A model generated the notes under the pieces. The model was given only the letters and a program-made list of their open reading frames with translations, was not told the DNA's origin and ran no database searches. A stretch of 64,000 bases of DNA from a candidate division WOR-3 bacterium. GTDB taxonomy: Bacteria; Hydrothermota; Tepidihabitantia; SM23-42; JAOAFX01. The position numbers were made by a program, and so were the translations under genes. Within the stretch, counting starts at the first letter, position 1. Each line of letters starts with the position of its first letter. The stretch is from the NCBI GenBank assembly GCA_037444665.1, contig JBBILZ010000002.1, forward strand, positions 26,880 to 90,879, written 5' to 3'. Below, one piece after another: positions 8,917-17,876 of this stretch.

Positions 8917-10333
8917 TTTTTGACGCCAGTAATTTTAAGGCGCTATTGGTATATTCAGTATTCGGATAATCTTTTATTAATTTCTCAGCCAGATACTGGG
9001 CAATGCTGTCCTGCTTTAGAATCATCTTGTTTATCCAGAAATTTGCATACAACGCCTTGGCAGATAATTCGCTTTTCGGATAATCCTTATAGACATTTTC
9101 ATAATATTCCATCGCCTTTGGAATATCCTTTAACTCTATAAAATATAATTCGCCAAGGGCAAACTGTGCTTTATCAATATCTTCGGTCTTGCTTGACAAC
9201 TCAACAATCTTTCTCAATATCCCGACACGCACTTTAGCCTTTGTTAATAGTTCACCCGTTGCCCTGGTGCACAGAGTATCATAGTATCCAATTGCCAGTT
9301 CAAGACTATCTTCTTTCTCTGCAATCTGAGCAAGTTCATAGAATGCCTTTGCTGAATATTCCTGTATTGGGCTCTCCTTTACCTCCACATATATCTGTTT
9401 CGCATCTTCAATATTATTCGTGCGCACATTGAGATTTGCAAGGATTAAACGGAATTCAGGGTCATATTCGTTTTCAAGAAATTCTTTGCATTTCTCATAT
9501 TGGTTCATCTCAAGGTAAATATCAGCCATACGCAATTTTATTTTTTTCTTTTCATCTGTATTTTGTGCCACAAGCGCAATACTATTTAATGTTTTCAGTG
9601 CGGATTCATAGTCCTTCAGGGCATACTCTGCTTCACTTAAAATATTCAAAATCATCATCTTCTCTTTTCTGCTCAGTTTCTCTTTGAGCAATAGATTGGC
9701 AGTAGTAATAAGTTCCTGATAATTATGGTCGCGATAATAGGTATAACAGAGCATCACATTGGCACGCTTTTTAAAATATTTAAATCTTCCTGCTTCTTTG
9801 AAGGCAATTATTGCTCTATTAATCTTCTCTGATTTGTAGTATGCGAGACCAGTGTAATACATTGCATCATCATAGAATTTTGAGCCGGGAAAATTGGTGG
9901 TAAGGAATTCAAGTTTTTCCAGAGCACGGGCATAGTCACCTTTATAATAATAAGAGACGCCCATCATAAAAAGGGCATCGTCTATATAGCGCGATTCTGG
10001 ATATTTGACAATAACTGAGGCACATTTCTCAATTGTCTTGTCAAAGTATTCTGAATCAGTCTTCAGTGTATCATTTGTGACCAGTTTCATTCCCTGATTA
10101 TAATAGTTCTGGGCATTATAGAAGGTATTGAAATAGGCACAATTGGTTAGCAAGGCTAACAGGACAAACCCCAATATCCAATTTCTAAATTCAAAATTCC
10201 AATATTTCAAACTGTCTGAGAAATTAGAAAATTGGATAATTGGAATTTGTTTCTCTGCCTGAGGCAGATCCGCCTTTGGCGGAGGATTTCTGATTTCTGA
10301 TTTCGGATTTATATTTTTTAGGTATTTAGGCAT
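8909..10333 (-). CDS. TPR-repeat lipoprotein (BamD/YfiO-like N-terminus); likely start TTG 10210 inside a repeat
   Basis: LTNC lipobox followed by AYFNTFYNA; multiple TPRs (KYPESRYIDDALF, NFPGSKFYDDAMY); residues 1-50 are repeat-derived. Confidence 0.8.
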   Translation of the reverse strand: MPKYLKNINPKSEIRNPPPKADLPQAEKQIPIIQFSNFSDSLKYWNFEFRNWILGFVLLALLTNCAYFNTFYNAQNYYNQGMKLVTNDTLKTDSEYFDKTIEKCASVIVKYPESRYIDDALFMMGVSYYYKGDYARALEKLEFLTTNFPGSKFYDDAMYYTGLAYYKSEKINRAIIAFKEAGRFKYFKKRANVMLCYTYYRDHNYQELITTANLLLKEKLSRKEKMMILNILSEAEYALKDYESALKTLNSIALVAQNTDEKKKIKLRMADIYLEMNQYEKCKEFLENEYDPEFRLILANLNVRTNNIEDAKQIYVEVKESPIQEYSAKAFYELAQIAEKEDSLELAIGYYDTLCTRATGELLTKAKVRVGILRKIVELSSKTEDIDKAQFALGELYFIELKDIPKAMEYYENVYKDYPKSELSAKALYANFWINKMILKQDSIAQYLAEKLIKDYPNTEYTNSALKLLASKND

Positions 10334-10352
10334 TTTGGACTTTTAGGCATTT
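10170..10352 (-). repeat. Second copy of the heptamer palindrome, with a 30-bp double-hairpin insertion
   Basis: 10194-10241 is the reverse complement of 8078-8123 with few mismatches. Confidence 0.8.
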
Positions 10353-11780
10353 TCACTTTGCTATGCCAACCTGCACATCCCTGAACCTTGCTGGAACAGT
10401 CCCATGACCTACAAACATTGTCTGACCAGGCTCTCCTTTACCACAATTGGGCACACCATATAAATGCCAGTAATCTTTATTGGCGATGGCATCACACTTA
10501 TTCCAGAATTGTGGTGTAATATCTGCATAGGTTGGATTTTTATAGATTTCGGTCAACTTTCCATTTTCAATTCGCCGCGCCAGTTCGCAACCAAACTGGA
10601 AATTTAATCTCTTATCATCAATTGACCAGGATTTATTTGTCGTCATAAATATACCATCTTTTGTATCCGCAATCATGTCTTCCAATTTCCAATCACCCGG
10701 AACAAGGTTAATATTCGTCATCCTGATCAATGGAATTCTGTTCCAGCCATCTGCACGCATATTACCGCTGGACTGTGCATTGACCACTGTTGCGGTTTCC
10801 CGTGAACTCTGATAGCCGACAAAGATTCCTTGTTTTATCAGATAGACCTTCTGCGCAGGAACACCTTCATCATCCCAGCCAAATGTTCCAAGCCCGCCAG
10901 GGACCGTTGCGTCTGCCACAATGTTTACTATACCAGAGCCATATTTGAGACTATTCAATTTTTCCGGTGTCATAAATGAAGTGCCCGCATAAGATGCCTC
11001 TGTGCCCAGAACCCTATCAAGTTCTGTTGGATGGCCGCACGACTCATGGACCTGCAAAACCATCTGATTAGAATCAAGGATAATTGTGGTCTTCATAGAA
11101 GGACATGGTTTTGCACTAAGGAGTAATAAGACCTCCTCTTTTACACGCTCGGCATTATCAATCAAATTTAAATTCGTTATAAATTCATATCCTGCCTGTC
11201 CATAATCATCGTATGACCTTATCTGAAGCTCGCCTTTATCCATTGCATAAGCCTTTATACCACCGCCAGAATAGGTAAATTCCTGGACAATATCAGAACC
11301 TTCGGTTGAGAGAAAGTGAACTTTTATATGCCGGAACGACATAAAGGCAACTCTCGTTTTTATACGCTCATCACTGGAGAGCATTCTATCGCATTTGAGT
11401 AAAAGGTCAATCTTTTTACTCAATTCTACCTTAAATGGATCATTCTGGACCAGTGATTTATAAGACCCTTTTTGTGGTGCAAGCTGTGACAGGACCACTG
11501 GATTTCCTTTTATCCGGGCAGATGCCTGGGCAATCAAAAGGGCATTCTTTGTAACACGATTGGTTTCTTTTGGATTCAAAAGATTTGATGAAGAAAATCC
11601 CCAGGCATTATCCTTGAGCAGGCGTACACCAAAGCCCATATCAAAATTGTGTGTGAGTGCTTCAATAATGCCATTCTTTACCATTATTGTTTCGGATTCC
11701 TCCTGCACAAAACGGACATCTCCATAGCTGACCTTTTTTAATTTCAAAGTATCAATGATTTTCTTCAGTAATTTATCCAT
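10353..11780 (-). CDS. tldD: TldD/PmbA family metalloprotease (TldD-type)
   Basis: HESCGHPTELDR metal motif, GTFGWDDEGVP, RMTNI, PNCGKGEP. Confidence 0.9.
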   Translation of the reverse strand: MDKLLKKIIDTLKLKKVSYGDVRFVQEESETIMVKNGIIEALTHNFDMGFGVRLLKDNAWGFSSSNLLNPKETNRVTKNALLIAQASARIKGNPVVLSQLAPQKGSYKSLVQNDPFKVELSKKIDLLLKCDRMLSSDERIKTRVAFMSFRHIKVHFLSTEGSDIVQEFTYSGGGIKAYAMDKGELQIRSYDDYGQAGYEFITNLNLIDNAERVKEEVLLLLSAKPCPSMKTTIILDSNQMVLQVHESCGHPTELDRVLGTEASYAGTSFMTPEKLNSLKYGSGIVNIVADATVPGGLGTFGWDDEGVPAQKVYLIKQGIFVGYQSSRETATVVNAQSSGNMRADGWNRIPLIRMTNINLVPGDWKLEDMIADTKDGIFMTTNKSWSIDDKRLNFQFGCELARRIENGKLTEIYKNPTYADITPQFWNKCDAIANKDYWHLYGVPNCGKGEPGQTMFVGHGTVPARFRDVQVGIAK

Positions 11781-11839
11781 TTCAACTCCTGTAATTTAAC
11801 TATAATCAAATTTACCTTTATAGTCAAGGGTTACTTTAC

Positions 11840-12205
11840 TAAACCCAAGAAGGCAGAAGCACGAAGAAGAATGAAAAAGGGAAAAAAGTATAATAAAGGG
11901 TTATCAAGGGGTATCATGGGGAATAAAGGGGAATCAGGGGATGTAAAAAGAATTGAAGCTACGGGGATACGAAGTTGTGTGGATGCGAGGATAAGTGGAT
12001 TTGAAGTTGAGTGGTTGCGTGGATAGGAGGAAATAAGTATGTAGTATGTAGTAGGTAGTAGATAGAAGAAAACAGAAACAGAAAGGTCAGAGAAACCAAA
12101 TAGACCAAAAAGACTAAATAGACCAGAGAAATCCAGTATCCAGTATCAAGGAAACATCCATGCCCTATAACCATACTGGCTGCTATGCCCTCTAACCATT
12201 GCCAA
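11840..12205. repeat. Patchwork of short degenerate tandem repeats (7-, 8-, 9- and 10-mers)
   Basis: atcaaggggt/atcatgggga/atcagggg; gtggatgc/gaggataa/gtggattt/gtggttgc; agtatgt x2 agtaggt; tagaccaaa series; tccagta x2. Confidence 0.7.
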
Positions 12206-12240
12206 TCGGGCGAATGCAGTTTCAAAGGAACTTAGTGTTA

Positions 12241-13500
12241 TTAAGATTTAACCGGTAGTTTAATATTAAATTCAGTTCCCTGGTCTATGCGGGAATGCAC
12301 CGTTATTACGCCATTATGCAACTCAATGACCTTTTTTACAAATGCTAATCCCAGACCTGTTCCGCCCTCTTTGTTTGAATAGAACGGACTAAAAATATTT
12401 TTTAAGTTATCTTCAGAGATTCCTTTTCCTGTATCAGAAATAGAAATCATTACAGAATCCGTTTCGCTCATAGTGGAAATTTTAATCTTGCCTTTTGTGG
12501 TAATTGCTTCTACACTATTCTTTAAAATATTGATTATCGCACTGAGCAATAGTTCATAATCCGCATAGATTTTATCCTGGTATTTATAATCATTCTCCAG
12601 AGTAATATACTCGGGGATATCAACCTTTTTTACTGCTTCAGTTAATAAATCATTGAGCAAAAATTCGTTTTTCATTAATTTTATAGGTCGGGCATATTCT
12701 AAGAGACTGGCAATCAGACCTTCCATAATATTACATTCTTTAAGAATATCTTCCGGGTCTTTTTTACCCTTTTGGATCAATCGTGTTAATCCTGTAATCG
12801 TTGCCAGTGAATTTCTGAATTCATGTGCAATATACGCAGAAAATTCCAAAACTTCTTTCTCTTTACTCTTCAGTTTATCAAAGATTTCATTAAATGTTGC
12901 AGAGACAAAATCTTCCTTTTGCATCTCAATGCCGAACCTTTGTGCAACCCTTGCTACATAGCGCATAGGTAGAAAAAGGTCTCTGATAAGAAAAAAACCA
13001 AGGAATGAAATCAAGATTAAAGAAAGGGTAATATAAATTAGATGCCAGCGAAATAGATTCTCTGTTGTAAAATACCCCGGACAATTGAATAAAAATAAAA
13101 AAAAGTCTGGTTCTAAATTGTGATAAACAAGGTTATTGCCCTGCTTAACAATTTTACCCGGTTCAGGCAAACTGCGGAACATTTTGATATTGTCCTGAGT
13201 AATCCCTGGTACTTTAATAAATGAATCATAGATTTTATTGCCGTTTGAATCTGCAATCACAATATTCCCAATATTAAATGCTTCCATTAATGGTTTTATA
13301 AACTTCTCTTTGTCCGGGTCATTAAGATAAATACTACAAACTCTCGCTAAGGAACTTACCTGCCCCTGATAAGTATTAATAAATAATGTTCTCAAGGTAT
13401 TCGTGACATATAAATTGACTATTGCGAGAAATATTATCAGGCAAATAAAAATGATAGCAATGAGTGCAATGTTTTGTGGGTATGAACTTTTTTTTGCCAT
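12241..13500 (-). CDS. Membrane sensor histidine kinase (NtrB/PilS-like)
   Basis: Two TM helices, H-box IAHEFRNSL, N-box NILKNSVEA, DTGKG, GTGLGL. Confidence 0.9.
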   Translation of the reverse strand: MAKKSSYPQNIALIAIIFICLIIFLAIVNLYVTNTLRTLFINTYQGQVSSLARVCSIYLNDPDKEKFIKPLMEAFNIGNIVIADSNGNKIYDSFIKVPGITQDNIKMFRSLPEPGKIVKQGNNLVYHNLEPDFFLFLFNCPGYFTTENLFRWHLIYITLSLILISFLGFFLIRDLFLPMRYVARVAQRFGIEMQKEDFVSATFNEIFDKLKSKEKEVLEFSAYIAHEFRNSLATITGLTRLIQKGKKDPEDILKECNIMEGLIASLLEYARPIKLMKNEFLLNDLLTEAVKKVDIPEYITLENDYKYQDKIYADYELLLSAIINILKNSVEAITTKGKIKISTMSETDSVMISISDTGKGISEDNLKNIFSPFYSNKEGGTGLGLAFVKKVIELHNGVITVHSRIDQGTEFNIKLPVKS

Positions 13501-13513
13501 TTGGATTTTTAGA

Positions 13514-15175
13514 TTATCTAATTATGGTCAATCTTCCTTTGCTTCTTTCTACCCTTTCTCCCTGGATTTCAATTACATAGATATACATTCCGCTAACCAC
13601 ATCTTTATTTTTTTCATTCTTTAAATTCCAGAATGCACACCGATGGAATCGGTCAACTTCGCTCTGGTCATCAAGAACACGCACGCGCTCACCCGCAATA
13701 TTATAGATTGTCACCTTAAATTCAGGAAATTGAGTTCCCAATTCTGTAGTATCTGATGGTGTATAAGATATTACTACACTCTTTCCCCATGAAGGAAGAC
13801 GGTCAATCTTAAAGGGATTGGGATATGCGGCGACCTTTCCCAAGAAAACAGGGCTAATCCAGAATGAAGCAGTCATAATTGAATCTGCAGGTGAAATATT
13901 ATATACTGTAACACCACTTGCAGAATCACCATAAAACCTGCTTGAGGGAATTGAGCCATCATAAAATCCAATAGAATCGCTCTTCCAGAGGTCTTCTGCT
14001 GTGCCCCAGGTTGACCCTGGCAATAAAAATTTTCCATCGCCATCTGCCTGCATAATACCTACCAGAGGATGATTCTCATTTGCATTTTGTGTCTTTGTAT
14101 CATCAATGTGTAAAATCAATAATCCATCACCAGGCAGGGAGCGGTCAAATCCAGTGCGGAATCTATTCTCAATTAAAAAATATTCGCCAGTGCCACCTGT
14201 ATAACTATTCCAATCTGGCCCACCCGGGTCTGCAAACATCCTTATTGCAAATGGGCTCTTTGCTGAACAGGGAATCTGATGATTTTCTAATTTGCTAATG
14301 CCATCCCTTTCAATTGCTGTTGGTAATAACCAGCCAAGCTGATACTTACACCAGACAGATAGATGCGCAGGCGTATTACCAGGCAGGTCAGAAGAATTTG
14401 CCCTTCCCCAGGAACCTGCTGCCATTAAGCAGAATATCCCAATACCATTTGTAGAATAATCTGTATCATACAAATCAGGTAGACCGAGCACATGACCAAA
14501 CTCATGAACGAAAACACCAACACTGATTCTTGCCGCAGGATTTATCAGCCTTTCCGGCTCCATTGAATAATAATCAACCTTTACCCCATCATTTGTTTGA
14601 TATGGTCCAGGGCAGCTTGTGCCGGTATTGGATAACTGCCACTGATGTGACCAGATGTCATGAATACTTCCAGTCTCTTCTGCACCGGGACCTGCATGGA
14701 CAATAAATATTCCATCAACTATACCATCCCCATCTCCATCATACTGTGAAAAATCAACATACGGGTCTGCCAGGGCACAGGCATCTTCTACGAGTTTCTG
14801 AACATTGTGCGGATAATCACTATAAAATCCGAATGAATCTCCCACATAATAAGAATACAATTGTGGTGCACGCACCCAGCCGACCACATTGCTCTGTTTG
14901 CTTATGGTAAACTTGCCATACGATACTTCACTGTAGTATTTGCGCATTGAATTTTCGTTTTCACCGTAGATTAGGGAATCAAACTGGGATTTCTGGTAAG
15001 TTGAAGCATTGTCGGAAAAATCCACTAAAATTACAATTGCCCTTTTTTCACCGAGCGCAGGTTGAATCAGACCTGGTCCTCTGTTCATTAAGGCAGGGAA
15101 TTTTGGTGGTATAATTGGAGCACGGGTATAAGGGCTTGGTGGCATTAAAAACAAAAATAGTATAATTGATATCAT
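13514..15175 (-). CDS. M6 family (immune inhibitor A-like) metalloprotease with FlgD/T9SS-like C-terminal domain
   Basis: VILVDFSD, HEFGHVLGLPDLYD, CLMAAGSW, EYFLIENR, GLLILHID; tail YPNPF..IYNIAGERVR..SGMYIY. Confidence 0.88.
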   Translation of the reverse strand: MISIILFLFLMPPSPYTRAPIIPPKFPALMNRGPGLIQPALGEKRAIVILVDFSDNASTYQKSQFDSLIYGENENSMRKYYSEVSYGKFTISKQSNVVGWVRAPQLYSYYVGDSFGFYSDYPHNVQKLVEDACALADPYVDFSQYDGDGDGIVDGIFIVHAGPGAEETGSIHDIWSHQWQLSNTGTSCPGPYQTNDGVKVDYYSMEPERLINPAARISVGVFVHEFGHVLGLPDLYDTDYSTNGIGIFCLMAAGSWGRANSSDLPGNTPAHLSVWCKYQLGWLLPTAIERDGISKLENHQIPCSAKSPFAIRMFADPGGPDWNSYTGGTGEYFLIENRFRTGFDRSLPGDGLLILHIDDTKTQNANENHPLVGIMQADGDGKFLLPGSTWGTAEDLWKSDSIGFYDGSIPSSRFYGDSASGVTVYNISPADSIMTASFWISPVFLGKVAAYPNPFKIDRLPSWGKSVVISYTPSDTTELGTQFPEFKVTIYNIAGERVRVLDDQSEVDRFHRCAFWNLKNEKNKDVVSGMYIYVIEIQGERVERSKGRLTIIR

Positions 15176-15342
15176 AATATTAAGTATACTCACTAAAAAA
15201 ACGATGTCAACAAAAAAAATAATTAACAAAATCTTGCAAAATTATGGTGTGTAAAAATTTACCCAATATATGAAATTTTTTCCTGAATTTTTAACAGCTA
15301 AATCAAAAAACCGATGAAATTTCATTGGATTTTATCACAAAA

Positions 15343-15359
15343 CTGGCATAAAATTTGCA
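15343..15359 (+). promoter_or_regulatory. sigma54 (-24/-12) promoter of the pilin cluster
   Basis: CTGGCATAAAATTTGCA with GG 15345-46 and GC 15357-58 at canonical spacing. Confidence 0.75.
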
Positions 15360-15457
15360 TATATAATAACTGGATGAATAATAAATTTAATTGCCGCGGA
15401 ACCAGTTATAACAAACCAAATTTAGAACCGCGGCTGGTTTTAACAAAAGGAGGCTTT

Positions 15458-15982
15458 ATGCGAAAAGGATTCACGCTCATTGAAATGATGGTGGTAATCG
15501 GTATTATTGGTGTTATTATTGCACTTGCAGTCCCAAGCTTTGGGGCAATGCAAAGAAGGGCACGGATCAGAGCTGCTGCGCAGGAGATTGCCCAGGACCT
15601 CAGACAGATTAGAGAAAGGGCACTTTCAACAAGCATTCCACACCAAATCGGGTTTAACCCTGGTACTCGCGAATATGTGGTTATCTATATTTCCAATGGT
15701 GTCCCGGTACAAAAATCATACAGGGTAGCCCAAGCAACAGGTGGAAATATTAATTTTGGTTGCGTTGCAGGAGTTACCGGGCATCCACCCGAAGGTTGGA
15801 ACGATGCACCTGCAGGTAACGGGATTGATTTTCCTCCGAATGATACACTTACCATTGACAACCGTGGTGGTGCTACACGGGGAGTAATTTACATAACTGA
15901 CAATGTTGATAGTTACGCGATCGGAATTAATACTCTTGGCAGAGTAAAAATATACAGGTATGGAAACAATGCCTGGAATTAG
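15458..15982 (+). CDS. Type IV minor pilin, FimT/FimU (GspH-like)
   Basis: Prepilin motif MRKG|FTLIE, AVPSF, C-terminal GINTLGRV; AGGAGG RBS. Confidence 0.85.
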   Translation: MRKGFTLIEMMVVIGIIGVIIALAVPSFGAMQRRARIRAAAQEIAQDLRQIRERALSTSIPHQIGFNPGTREYVVIYISNGVPVQKSYRVAQATGGNINFGCVAGVTGHPPEGWNDAPAGNGIDFPPNDTLTIDNRGGATRGVIYITDNVDSYAIGINTLGRVKIYRYGNNAWN

Positions 15983-15998
15983 TAAGACAGGAGGTAAT

Positions 15999-16409
15999 AT
16001 GAAAAGGGGGTTTACCCTGGTTGAAATTCTGGTAGCAATGGTAATCCTTGCCCTGGGCATTCTTGGTGCAAGTCAGCTTACAATTATTAGTATGAGGACA
16101 AATCAAAAGATCAGAGATAGCAGAGAAGGCCGCGAATTGCTCACTCGGGGAATGGAAGTTCTAAAGATGGTTACAATCACTGACCCGCTGGTTGTCGGTA
16201 CATGCGATTCAACACAACTTAATGACACATTGCTTGCATTTAAGGCGGATTCAACCAATGCTGTGGGCATGGCAATAGGAAAAACAGTTTACAGCGTATT
16301 CTGGAATGTTGCAGACAATTATCCTGAAACTGGCATAAAAACGATCAGGATGCAGGTTTTTAAGCGCGGGAAAAGGGTTATTTCGGCTGACTTTACAAAA
16401 TGGAGGTAA
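15999..16409 (+). CDS. Type IV minor pilin, PilV-like
   Basis: MKRG|FTLVEILVAMVILALGILG. Confidence 0.82.
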   Translation: MKRGFTLVEILVAMVILALGILGASQLTIISMRTNQKIRDSREGRELLTRGMEVLKMVTITDPLVVGTCDSTQLNDTLLAFKADSTNAVGMAIGKTVYSVFWNVADNYPETGIKTIRMQVFKRGKRVISADFTKWR

Positions 16410-16411
16410 AA

Positions 16412-17356
16412 ATGAAAAAGGGTATGACCTTAATTGAATTGATGGTCTCTCTTGTGATTTTGATGATTGTTCTTGGTGCAATCTATTCAATATTAAACAC
16501 CCAGCAGATTAAGGCAATCAATGTTCAGACAACTTCTGTGCTACAAACCGATGCTCAAGCAGCATTATCAATCTTACGCTGGGATATTTTTATGGCAGGA
16601 TACGGACTGGGATATAATGATATTGTTTTTTCGCCAACTAACTACAGCAATCAAAGAGATAGTCTGGGTATGCGCAGTATGGCTTTTAGTTTTGAGGCAT
16701 CACGCGCAAACTGGACACCGATTCTGGAGAATGTTATAAATAGCGACCGTATCAAAGTATTTCGCCATAAGGAAACCGAGAGCAATTTCAAGATCGGTGA
16801 TAGATTCGCAATCATCAGCAATAAGAGAAATTTAATGGATAGTGGGTTGGTGGTACAAAATATAGATACGATTAGTTATCAGGCAGGAGAAGATACAATT
16901 CCGGCACTTGAACTTCAATTGAATCGTATTACCAATGCAGGGCAGGGGTCTATCGCAATCATCTATGACCCTGATATCCTCGCAAATGGCATTGGCTATT
17001 ATGTTAATAATCAAAGACAACTTATGCGCGGCAATGAGGTTTTCCTTGAGAATGTAGAGGATATACAGTTCAGATACGGAGTGGACGAGAATGATAATGG
17101 CATAATTGACAGTCTAACAAGTTACAATGAATGGCACAATGACCTAACTAATTTTTCATTGAATGACCTTGTAAGGCATATGCTGGTGCTAAGGGTCACA
17201 TTCGTTGCCTTAACTGAAAAAGGATTGAGCGATTATCGCTATCCAGATGCAACAGTAACTGTTGAAGACCATACTTATCCACTCAATGATATACAGCGTC
17301 GCTATAAAAGGGTCTTTGTCCAAACAATTGTCTGGCCGAGAAATTACCGCAGTTAG
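16412..17356 (+). CDS. Type IV minor pilin, PilW-like
   Basis: MKKG|MTLIE, DIFMAGY, ENVEDIQFRYGVD, PRN end. Confidence 0.85.
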   Translation: MKKGMTLIELMVSLVILMIVLGAIYSILNTQQIKAINVQTTSVLQTDAQAALSILRWDIFMAGYGLGYNDIVFSPTNYSNQRDSLGMRSMAFSFEASRANWTPILENVINSDRIKVFRHKETESNFKIGDRFAIISNKRNLMDSGLVVQNIDTISYQAGEDTIPALELQLNRITNAGQGSIAIIYDPDILANGIGYYVNNQRQLMRGNEVFLENVEDIQFRYGVDENDNGIIDSLTSYNEWHNDLTNFSLNDLVRHMLVLRVTFVALTEKGLSDYRYPDATVTVEDHTYPLNDIQRRYKRVFVQTIVWPRNYRS

Positions 17357-17364
17357 GAGGAGAT

Positions 17365-17853
17365 ATGAAAAAAATACCTGAATGCATAAAGGGTAAAAAA
17401 CCTAAAGTGCAAAAGGGCATTGCCCTGCTCGTTGCCTTAGGAACAATGGTTGTGCTCCTTATTGTGGGAGCCCTGGCAATCTATCTTGTTACGCGTGCGT
17501 TGAATGTTACAAGCGGGCAGGTAAGATATCAGAGTGCGTTTGAAGCCTGCGAAGGGGGCCTTGAAATAGGGGTATTGCGTGCACATACCGGATTTGAACA
17601 GCATACCATAGATTCGTTATATCAACAGAAGAATATTGGTAATTATCGGGTTCATATCTATGTTCAACCCCTGTTTGCCGCAACCGAAGCTGGTTCTGTG
17701 ATAAAATTTGCCCGTGGTTATTTTGGTGCAGGCCAGGGGCTTGCTGGTGGTGGTGCGAGTTATTACTACAAAATTGTAGCAGCATCGCACGGAGTTAGCG
17801 GTGATAGTGTTACAACTGAAACCGAAATAAAACGGGTAATCGGTATTGATTAA
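17365..17853 (+). CDS. Type IV minor pilin, PilX-like
   Basis: QKG|IALLV lacking Glu5, AFEACEGGL, YYKIVAASHG. Confidence 0.78.
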   Translation: MKKIPECIKGKKPKVQKGIALLVALGTMVVLLIVGALAIYLVTRALNVTSGQVRYQSAFEACEGGLEIGVLRAHTGFEQHTIDSLYQQKNIGNYRVHIYVQPLFAATEAGSVIKFARGYFGAGQGLAGGGASYYYKIVAASHGVSGDSVTTETEIKRVIGID

Positions 17854-17876
17854 CCTGTCAAAATCAGGAGGATAAA

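Noticed and set aside
8078..10241. Invertible segment or composite transposon between the inverted repeat copies
   Set aside because: The enclosed pyrK and TPR genes are co-oriented with the operon and no recombinase is nearby; independent insertions are simpler
11840..12205. Possible CRISPR array
   Set aside because: No constant 23-47-bp repeat with unique spacers, and no cas genes
11959..12225. 88-aa minus-strand ORF
   Set aside because: It is a translation of the repeat patchwork (LVYLVFLVYL), with no RBS or protein-like features
15314..15457. N-terminal extension of the FimT-like ORF
   Set aside because: The prepilin motif and RBS place the start at 15458; the extension covers the sigma54 promoter
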